From: Eubacteriales bacterium | GTDB taxonomy: Bacteria > Bacillota > Clostridia > Oscillospirales > CAG-272 | Length of the DNA: 64,000 bases | NCBI GenBank assembly: GCA_045646925.1 | Contig: JAZRLQ010000012.1 | Coordinates: forward strand, 1,110 to 65,109 | Reading direction: 5' to 3' | Part shown: positions 57,704 to 64,000 of the stretch, piece by piece | Layout of the letters: each line of letters opens with the position of its first letter | Position numbering within the stretch: position 1 is the stretch's first letter | Made by a program: the position numbers and the translations under genes | The notes under the pieces: generated by a model | What the model was told of the DNA's origin: nothing | Database searches by the model: none | What the model saw: the letters and a program-made list of their open reading frames with translations, nothing else

Positions 57704-59875
57704 ATGAAAATTATTAAAAGAAACGGCACAGAAGCTATTTTCGATCCGAAAAAAATCGTCGTCGCCGTGACGAAAGCAAATAACAGCGTTGTTCCCAGCG
57801 CACGAATGACACCTGTACAGATCAAACGCATCGCAGAGGACGTGGAAAGTGCGGCGCTTAATATTCACAGAGCGCTCAGCGTAGAAGAAATTCAAGATAT
57901 GGTCGAAGACCAGATCATGAACCAAAGAGCCTTCGACGTTGCAAGAACCTACATTACCTATCGTTACAACCGTGCGCTCATCCGCAAGTCCAATACCACG
58001 GACGAGCAGATCATGAGCCTCATCGAATGCAACAACGAAGAGGTAAAGCAGGAAAACTCCAATAAAAACCCCACCGTCAACAGCGTTCAGCGCGACTATA
58101 TGGCAGGTGAAGTCAGCAAGGACATCACAAAGAGAATTCTTCTTCCCAAGGATATCGTTTCCGCGCACGAGCAAGGCATCATCCACTTCCACGACGCCGA
58201 TTACTTCGCGCAGCATATGCACAACTGCGACCTCGTCAATCTGGAGGATATGCTCCAGAACGGCACCGTTATCAGCGGAACCATGATCGTGAAGCCGCAT
58301 AGCTTCTCCACTGCCTGCAACATCGCAACGCAGATCATCGCGCAGGTTGCTTCCTGCCAGTACGGCGGTCAGAGTATCAGCCTTACTCACCTCGCTCCCT
58401 TCGTTGACGTCAGCCGTCAGAAGATCCGCAAGCTCGTTCGTGAAGAGCTTGACGATCTCCCCGGCATTACGGAGGAAAAGATCTTCCAAATCGCAGAAAA
58501 GCGTCTGCACGAGGAGATCGAACGCGGTATTCAGATGATTCAGTATCAGGTTGTCACTCTCATGACCACAAATGGTCAGGCTCCCTTCGTTACCGTCTTC
58601 ATGTATCTCGGCGAAGCGAAAAACGAGCAGGAACGCAGCGACCTTGCATTGATCATCGAAGAAACGCTCAAGCAGCGCTATAAAGGTGTTAAAAACGAAA
58701 AGGGCGTTTGGGTCACTCCCGCATTCCCCAAGCTCATCTACGTATTGGAAGAAAACAATATCCACGAAGACAGCAAATATTACTACCTCACCAAGCTCGC
58801 CGCAAAATGCACGGCGAAGCGTATGGTTCCCGACTATATTTCCGAAAAGATCATGCTTCAGAACAAGATCGACAAAAACGGCGAAGGTCACTGCTATACC
58901 TGCATGGGTTGCCGCAGCTTCCTTACCCCCTACGTCGATGAAAACGGCAAGCCCAAGTACTACGGAAGATTCAACCAAGGTGTCGTTACCGTCAACCTCG
59001 TTGATATCGGTCTTTCCGCAGACAAGGATATGAACAAATTCTGGGAGATCTTCGACGAACGTATGGAGCTTTGCCACCGAGCATTGCAATGCCGTCACGA
59101 CAGACTGACGGGTACGCTCTCCGACGCCGCTCCGATCCTTTGGCAGCACGGCGCACTTCTCCGTTTGCAGAAGGGCGAGACCATCGACAAATATCTCCAC
59201 GGCGGTTACTCCACTCTTTCTCTCGGCTATGCGGGACTTTGGGAATGCGTATATAGCATGATCGGTAAAAAGCTCACCGAGCCCGAAGGCGAAGAGTTTG
59301 GTCTTGAGATCATGAGAAAACTCAACGAATACACTGCAAAGTGGAAAAAGGCGGAAAACATCGACTATTCCCTTTACGGCACACCGCTCGAAAGCACAAC
59401 TTACAAATTTGCAAAGACCCTGCAGAAGCGTTTCGGCTTCATCAAGGGTGTTACCGATAAAAACTACATCACCAACAGCTACCACATTCACGTTACGGAA
59501 GAGATCGACGCATTCGAAAAGCTTGCTTTGGAAGCAAAATTCCAGGCACTCTCTCCCGGCGGCGCAATTTCCTACGTCGAAGTTCCCAATATGCAGAACA
59601 ATATCGACGCCGTTCTCTCCGTCATGAACTTCATTTACCACAATATCATGTACGCAGAGCTTAACACGAAGAGCGATTATTGTCAGGTTTGCGGTTTTGA
59701 TGGCGAAATCGAGATCAAAAAGGACGACACAAAGCTCGTTTGGGAATGCCCCAATTGCGGAAACCGCGATCAGAGCAAAATGAACGTCGCAAGACGTACC
59801 TGCGGTTACATCGGCACGCAGTTCTGGAATCAAGGCAGAACGCAGGAAATTCAGGAACGCGTACTGCACCTTTAA
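57704..59875 (+). CDS. nrdD: anaerobic ribonucleoside-triphosphate reductase (class III)
   Basis: 723 aa. An ATP-cone N-terminus, a C-terminal Zn ribbon CQVCGF...CPNCG and the glycyl-radical motif RRTCGYIG are present. Confidence 0.97.
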   Translation: MKIIKRNGTEAIFDPKKIVVAVTKANNSVVPSARMTPVQIKRIAEDVESAALNIHRALSVEEIQDMVEDQIMNQRAFDVARTYITYRYNRALIRKSNTTDEQIMSLIECNNEEVKQENSNKNPTVNSVQRDYMAGEVSKDITKRILLPKDIVSAHEQGIIHFHDADYFAQHMHNCDLVNLEDMLQNGTVISGTMIVKPHSFSTACNIATQIIAQVASCQYGGQSISLTHLAPFVDVSRQKIRKLVREELDDLPGITEEKIFQIAEKRLHEEIERGIQMIQYQVVTLMTTNGQAPFVTVFMYLGEAKNEQERSDLALIIEETLKQRYKGVKNEKGVWVTPAFPKLIYVLEENNIHEDSKYYYLTKLAAKCTAKRMVPDYISEKIMLQNKIDKNGEGHCYTCMGCRSFLTPYVDENGKPKYYGRFNQGVVTVNLVDIGLSADKDMNKFWEIFDERMELCHRALQCRHDRLTGTLSDAAPILWQHGALLRLQKGETIDKYLHGGYSTLSLGYAGLWECVYSMIGKKLTEPEGEEFGLEIMRKLNEYTAKWKKAENIDYSLYGTPLESTTYKFAKTLQKRFGFIKGVTDKNYITNSYHIHVTEEIDAFEKLALEAKFQALSPGGAISYVEVPNMQNNIDAVLSVMNFIYHNIMYAELNTKSDYCQVCGFDGEIEIKKDDTKLVWECPNCGNRDQSKMNVARRTCGYIGTQFWNQGRTQEIQERVLHL

Positions 59876-59887
59876 TCAGGATATCTC

Positions 59888-60451
59888 ATGAATTACGCAT
59901 TGATCAGAAAAAACGATATTGCCAACGGTCCCGGCGTCCGCGTTTCCCTTTTCGTCAGTGGGTGTCGTCACCATTGCAAAGGCTGCTTCAACCCCGAAAC
60001 GTGGAACTTTTCCTACGGAAAGCCTTTCACGGATGCAGTTATGGAAGAAATCCTCCGCGCATTGAAGCCCGAATACGTCTCCGGTCTTTCCCTGCTCGGT
60101 GGCGAGCCATTTGAACCCGAAAATCAGGCAGGACTCGTCAAATTGACTTCCCTTGTCCGCGAGCGCTATCCGAACAAGAACATTTGGTGCTACTCCGGCT
60201 TCACCTTTGAAGACCGCCTCCTGCAAGGAAAGGTCGGCGATCCCGACACTTGCCTTGCACTGCTGAAAAATATCGACGTTCTCGTGGACGGCACGTTCAA
60301 GGAAGAACTCAAGGACGCATCTCTCCTCTTCCGCGGATCTGCCAATCAGAACATCATCGATGTGCAGAAATCCTTGAAGAAAGGTCATATGATCCTTCTG
60401 GAAGGAAAATGGAAGCGCACGATGGGTAGCGGTGATATCAATGAAATCTAA
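59888..60451 (+). CDS. nrdG: anaerobic ribonucleotide reductase activating protein
   Basis: 187 aa. NGPGVRVSLFVSGCRHHCKGCFNPE is present. Confidence 0.93.
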   Translation: MNYALIRKNDIANGPGVRVSLFVSGCRHHCKGCFNPETWNFSYGKPFTDAVMEEILRALKPEYVSGLSLLGGEPFEPENQAGLVKLTSLVRERYPNKNIWCYSGFTFEDRLLQGKVGDPDTCLALLKNIDVLVDGTFKEELKDASLLFRGSANQNIIDVQKSLKKGHMILLEGKWKRTMGSGDINEI

Positions 60452-60456
60452 AAATC

Positions 60457-60488
60457 AAAAGGACAGAATCTAACGATTCTGTCCTTTT
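60457..60488. terminator. bidirectional terminator between nrdG and the convergent isomerase gene
   Basis: A 14-bp stem AAAAGGACAGAATC/GATTCTGTCCTTTT. Confidence 0.8.
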
Positions 60489-60502
60489 AATTTTTAGCAA
60501 GC

Positions 60503-61429
60503 TTATTCTTCGAAGCAGTTGTAGGTTTCGAGCATTTGCTTACCGATCTTATAAAGGAAGATCTCCATTTCCTGACGAAGCTCGGGAGACATCATGTCGA
60601 GCTTCTTCTGTTCCTCGCCGTCCTTTACGAAGGGGATCGGATTCACACGGCGGATGGGGGAATCGACCTCAAAATTGAAGGTACCTTTATATCCAATTTC
60701 AAGCAAAGCAGAGATCACGGCGTCAAAGTTGATATTGCCCCAATAGGGATACAGATGCAGGTCGCAGCCGGGGGTACGTACGCCGCCGTAGTTATCGTGA
60801 ACGTGCAAGCCCTCAAGTCTGGAGCCGAGCTTCTTGAGCTCCGCGTACTGATCGAGATTGCAAAGGTTTGCGTGACCGGTATCCCAGCATACGCCGAAGA
60901 GCGGATGGTCGATTCTGTCAAGAAGTTCATTGAGATCGTCTGCAGTTGAGATTTTGTTATCTCCCGCCGACCAACCAACGTTTTCGATCAGAAGTCTCGT
61001 ACCGTATTTCTCCGCATAGGGAATCAACTGTCTGAAAATTTCGGTATTTCTTTCCAGATATTCGTCGCGGGACATAGGGGTAATTGCCTGACCGGGGTGC
61101 ACGGTCATGGTCGGAATGCCGATCTTGCCCGCAAGATCAATGGCGCGAGTCGTTTTTTTGAAATAGAATTTTCCGTTATCGTTACCCATAGAGTTGCCGA
61201 AGGGCTCATGGCTCTGTACGGGAATCAGCTCCAGCGTTTCGATCTCTCTTTTGTATTCATCCGCGAGGATCTCGTTGTCCGTCGTGAAGTAAGAAGAGCC
61301 CGGAAGATATCTCGACCAGAAGGAGATGTCGATATACTTGAAGCCTGCATTCTTCAAATGCACGAGAGAGGAATGCAGATCGCCGTCGTAGAAATGCAGA
61401 ATCGGTCCGTTCGTTTGAGAAAGTTTCAT
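60503..61429 (-). CDS. sugar phosphate isomerase/epimerase (xylose-isomerase-like TIM barrel)
   Basis: 308 aa. GFKYIDISFW, HPG, LIENV, WDTGHAN and GLHVHDN are AP-endonuclease-2/XylA-like TIM motifs. Confidence 0.8.
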   Translation of the reverse strand: MKLSQTNGPILHFYDGDLHSSLVHLKNAGFKYIDISFWSRYLPGSSYFTTDNEILADEYKREIETLELIPVQSHEPFGNSMGNDNGKFYFKKTTRAIDLAGKIGIPTMTVHPGQAITPMSRDEYLERNTEIFRQLIPYAEKYGTRLLIENVGWSAGDNKISTADDLNELLDRIDHPLFGVCWDTGHANLCNLDQYAELKKLGSRLEGLHVHDNYGGVRTPGCDLHLYPYWGNINFDAVISALLEIGYKGTFNFEVDSPIRRVNPIPFVKDGEEQKKLDMMSPELRQEMEIFLYKIGKQMLETYNCFEE

Positions 61430-61465
61430 AAAAGTGCCTCCCTAATATTTATTATATGATATAGA

Positions 61466-61495
61466 ATTATACCATTTTTCAAGATAAAAAGTCAA
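61466..61495 (-). promoter_or_regulatory. sigmaA promoter of the isomerase gene
   Basis: The minus strand reads TTGACT (61495-61490), an 18-nt spacer, then TGgTATAAT (61471-61466). Confidence 0.6.
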
Positions 61496-61636
61496 GATTT
61501 CGGCCATCTTTTTCCACACATTTGTTGAAAAGCAAACCGGATTTCGTCTGAACAAGGTGTTCATATAAAAAGGAGCACGGACAACGGCGTGCACAGTTAG
61601 CAGAGAAATTATAAAATAACTTTACTCATTTAAGAT

Positions 61637-61715
61637 GCAGTAAACAAATAATCAGCCCCGACAGATTCAAAGGTCTGTCGGGGCTAATCTATTCAGTTCG
61701 ATAAATTGGAATTTG
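61637..61715. repeat. conserved 3'-flank element, copy B (L element)
   Basis: About 80% identical to 10610-10687. It contains the hairpin at 61654-61685 followed by GTTCGATAAATTGGAATTTG, ending 3 nt before the stop codon of the XRE gene. Confidence 0.8.
61654..61685 (-). terminator. intrinsic terminator inside L element copy B
   Basis: AGCCCCGACAGA (61654-61665) pairs with TCTGTCGGGGCT (61674-61685). The minus strand continues with GATTATTTGTTT. Confidence 0.7.
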
Positions 61716-61717
61716 TT

Positions 61718-62707
61718 TTAATCCTTGCTTTGTTTATCCGCGATAAGATTGCAAATGCACATCACTACCGGAAACAGAACTCCGCCCACGGCAAAAATGA
61801 TCCAAGACAAATGCCATTGATTGTTGAGGAAACTTACCATAAGATAGATTGAAGTTAAAACACCCCAATAGCAGAATCCGACGACCTCTTTTACACTTGT
61901 TCTTTTTTTCTCTTTCTCGGTAAATTCTCCTTCTTTGAGGAGCTTTTGCATACTTGCGTTTTGTGTTCCGGCTATGATGAACATTCCTACGCCTATGCCT
62001 ACAATTATCATCAATAATGCAAGGGAGACCGCAACGAATATCGCATTCTCCGAAAAAGATAATATTAGCAAAGGAACAACCGAAAAAATACATACACACG
62101 TTGCGATTATGTTATAAGCAATATAAGTAGGTCTGAAAGCCTTTTTCTTTTCGTTGACTAATCCTTTCACTCCATATTCAAGTTCAAATGGGATATTTTT
62201 GTCAAGAAATTCATACGGCTGATTTTTGAATCCGCAATAAATATAGATTGGAACGGCACACAGAATGAACGCAAAGAGAACAGTTAACCCCACCACACCT
62301 GCTGTTGTTTCTGTCACGATAACATTCGGCAATTCAGAAAGCATACTCAATATAATGAGCGTGATTGGAGAAAGAATACACAAGAATGTGGCAAGAGCGA
62401 TACGCCAAGCGGCTTTCTTCCTTTGCTCGATATATGCGTTTGCTTCTCCTATTGAAATCCTTTTTACATTTGTATCTGAAGATATATCGTTGGTAAATTC
62501 TTCGTCCTCAATTTCGTCCTTCAAAAGATAGTCGGTAGTTACTCCGAACAATACGGATAACTGTAATATTTTTTCTAAATCGGGAATGCTTTGTGCACCC
62601 TCCCACTTTGAAACGGCTTGACGGGAAACGTTCATCTTTTCAGCAAGTTCCTCTTGCGACAAACCGTTCTTTTTTCGTAATCTGATAATTTTGTCTGCTA
62701 AAATCAT
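61718..62707 (-). CDS. XRE-family HTH protein fused to a polytopic membrane domain
   Basis: 329 aa. MILADKIIRLRKKNGLSQEELAEKMNVSRQAVSKWEGAQSIPDLEKILQLSVLFGVTTDYLL is a Cro/C1-type HTH, followed by about 6 TM segments. GC is about 32-47% in four hand-counted lines, lower than the backbone. Confidence 0.82.
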   Translation of the reverse strand: MILADKIIRLRKKNGLSQEELAEKMNVSRQAVSKWEGAQSIPDLEKILQLSVLFGVTTDYLLKDEIEDEEFTNDISSDTNVKRISIGEANAYIEQRKKAAWRIALATFLCILSPITLIILSMLSELPNVIVTETTAGVVGLTVLFAFILCAVPIYIYCGFKNQPYEFLDKNIPFELEYGVKGLVNEKKKAFRPTYIAYNIIATCVCIFSVVPLLILSFSENAIFVAVSLALLMIIVGIGVGMFIIAGTQNASMQKLLKEGEFTEKEKKRTSVKEVVGFCYWGVLTSIYLMVSFLNNQWHLSWIIFAVGGVLFPVVMCICNLIADKQSKD

Positions 62708-62758
62708 AAAACCACCTCATTTGATTTTGTAAAAGCCCGCTGCTTTTTGTGCCTATAT

Positions 62759-62767
62759 TGTATCATA
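62759..62767 (-). promoter_or_regulatory. possible extended -10 promoter (TGaTACAAT) proximal to the XRE gene
   Basis: The minus strand reads TGATACAAT about 50 nt upstream of the ATG. No good -35 is present. Confidence 0.35.
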
Positions 62768-62840
62768 AACTGCGGTCACGCACCACCAACCGTGAGCTTT
62801 CAATGTGTCAACCGACGGTTGCTTTTAGCTTTTTTATCGT

Positions 62841-62860
62841 CAAATTCTTATTTATCGTTC
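62841..62860. repeat. inverted copy of the CGATAAAT..GAATTTG segment of L element B (right arm of an inverted repeat around the XRE gene)
   Basis: The reverse complement of CAAATTCTTATTTATCGTTC is GAACGATAAATAAGAATTTG. Against 61696-61715 (GTTCGATAAATTGGAATTTG) the CGATAAAT and GAATTTG blocks are exact and the central dinucleotide mismatches. Confidence 0.7.
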
Positions 62861-62871
62861 TTTTTTTACAG

Positions 62872-62917
62872 CAGTTTCGCCTTTGTATTACAAAGGCACA
62901 GGGCAAGGCCCATACCC
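62872..62917. repeat. conserved 5'-flank element, copy B (R element)
   Basis: 44 of 46 nt are identical to 10963-11008. The palindrome GCCTTTGTATTACAAAGGC lies at 62879-62897. Confidence 0.85.
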
Positions 62918-63051
62918 TTAAGGCTGCGCGTATCCTAAGGCTCCCTCTGGGAGGGAGCTGGCGCCGTAGGCGACTGAGGGAGAGCGCGTTATAATAAGGT
63001 AAATTGAAATCCAAAGTCACGCAGGCTCCTTCCGTCACGCTCCGCGTGCCA

Positions 63052-63077
63052 CCTTCCTCCCAGAGGAAGGCTTTTTT
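63052..63077 (+). terminator. orphan plus-strand intrinsic terminator
   Basis: CCTTCCTC (63052-63059) pairs with GAGGAAGG (63063-63070) with a 3-nt loop, followed by CTTTTTT. No plus-strand gene lies upstream of it. Confidence 0.55.
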
Positions 63078-63094
63078 GCTACTCTCATTATACC

Positions 63095-63132
63095 AAAAAA
63101 AGGCAGAGAAAACAAGTTCTCTGCCGATTTTT
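63095..63132. terminator. bidirectional terminator after the esterase gene
   Basis: GGCAGAGAA (63102-63110) pairs with TTCTCTGCC (63117-63125), flanked by A7 upstream and GATTTTT downstream. Confidence 0.7.
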
Positions 63133-63204
63133 CGTACTGTTAATTCTCCGCTAAGAATGCAGAAAGAAATGTCCGTACTCCTTTTTAATGAATTAGAACC
63201 GTTA

Positions 63205-64000
63205 TTATCTGGACTGTCCGAGAAGCCAATCAACAAGACCGCTCGTTGCGTAAGCCTGATCCCAACAGCTATGACCAACGCCCTGAAGATAGGTCACGCG
63301 AATCTTCGTACCGCCCGCCGCCTTGATGGCGCTCTCCATATCGGAGGTACCCTTGGAAGGAACGGTGGTGTCGGCAGTGCCGTGGAATGCCCAGATCGCA
63401 ATCTCCGTAAGCTTTGCCGCTTCGGAAGGAATACCTGCGCCGCAAAGAGGAATTGCCGCCGCAAAGACTTCGGAGCGTCTGGTGATCAGCTCCCACGTGC
63501 CGTAGCCGCCCATCGAAATACCGCCTGCATAAACGCGGCTCGTATCGACCTTTCCGCTTGCAAGATATTCGTCAAGAAGCGCCATCGCCGCCGCCATCGC
63601 TGTCGTTGGATTTTCGGGGAGCGCCGAACGGGAGCCCTGCGCCCATTTGTGAACGTTGGAATTGATCCATTCGCGATCGCCGCCGTCGTCGCAGGTCGCC
63701 TGAGGCGCGACGATAATCACATTATCTCTTGCGATCAGATCATTGATAAGCTTGTTTTCACCGCCGTTTACGCGGATGTTCTGCGTGTTATCCATGCCCG
63801 TCTCACCGTGTCCGTGGAGGAAGAACAGCATGGGATATTTCTCACTGCTTTCGGGATCATAGTCGGAGGGGAGATATACGCGGTAAGGTAAATGCAATTC
63901 GGTATCGCCGTCTTTGTAAACAAAGATCTCTCTGCCCATGGAATCCGCAGTTTTGTAATCCGCGAGGATCACATCCTCACCAACCGCGTAGTTATAAAGC
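63205..64000 (-). CDS. alpha/beta-hydrolase esterase (carboxylesterase / peptidase S9-like), N-terminus beyond the window end
   Basis: YPMLFFLHGHGETG, the GGISMGGYGTW nucleophile elbow, and FHGTADTTVP...GVGHSCW are present. The reading frame stays open upstream of the track start (a GTG at 63972) to the window edge. Confidence 0.75.
   Translation of the reverse strand, partial: LYNYAVGEDVILADYKTADSMGREIFVYKDGDTELHLPYRVYLPSDYDPESSEKYPMLFFLHGHGETGMDNTQNIRVNGGENKLINDLIARDNVIIVAPQATCDDGGDREWINSNVHKWAQGSRSALPENPTTAMAAAMALLDEYLASGKVDTSRVYAGGISMGGYGTWELITRRSEVFAAAIPLCGAGIPSEAAKLTEIAIWAFHGTADTTVPSKGTSDMESAIKAAGGTKIRVTYLQGVGHSCWDQAYATSGLVDWLLGQSR

Noticed and set aside
61506-61636. A possible small gene or ncRNA in the 130-bp unassigned AT-rich stretch between the isomerase promoter and L element B.
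   Set aside because: AAAGGAG at about 61571 is followed only by a 3-codon GTG frame. The only structure I can see is a short GCAC...GTGC stem. The evidence is insufficient for any call.
62749-63891. ORFs 62808..63278 (156 aa, minus), 62749..62994 (81 aa, plus) and 63004..63891 (295 aa, plus).
   Set aside because: They translate the hairpin-rich intergenic module or run antisense to the esterase gene. They have no RBS and their composition is typical of repeat read-through.

Overview
This window looks like chromosomal backbone from an endospore-forming Clostridia-type Firmicute. The evidence is sigK with a pro-sequence, spoIIR, a gerA operon, a SpoVB-like flippase, ytvI, an M50 site-2 protease and the Prp-L27 system. 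Backbone GC is a little over 50% by hand counts. I call 56 protein genes, two of them running off the window edges. They include pyrC-carA-carB, tadA, rplU-prp-rpmA, gdhA, ftsH, uvrA, uvrB, ppiB, yloV, degV, glpK, mntP, rbfA-nrnA-truB, rplS, a purF paralog, sigK, mgsA and nrdDG. I also call one tRNA-Lys(UUU), one yybP-ykoY Mn riboswitch, paired NrdR boxes, and a set of sigmaA-like promoters and intrinsic terminators. I saw no transposase, integrase, CRISPR, reverse transcriptase or recognisable defence genes. Three things deserve a second look. (1) Two unrelated low-GC genes, DUF3795 at 10.7 kb and an XRE-HTH membrane protein at 62 kb, are each framed by the same conserved sequences: a ~78-nt 3' flank and a 46-nt 5' flank. 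Each module is followed by a dense cluster of tiny triloop hairpins. At locus A this cluster is a 170-bp array of the 9-mer AGTGATATT, with 4 direct copies followed by 3 exact and 1 degenerate inverted copies. (2) Both glutamine amidotransferases in the window, CarA and a PurF paralog, carry GGC (Gly) exactly where the nucleophilic Cys belongs. This suggests ammonia-dependent enzymes. (3) A sigma-70/ECF-type protein is fused to a ~370-aa C-terminal domain. All functional calls come from motifs I recognise by eye in the translations. No database search or folding program was run.
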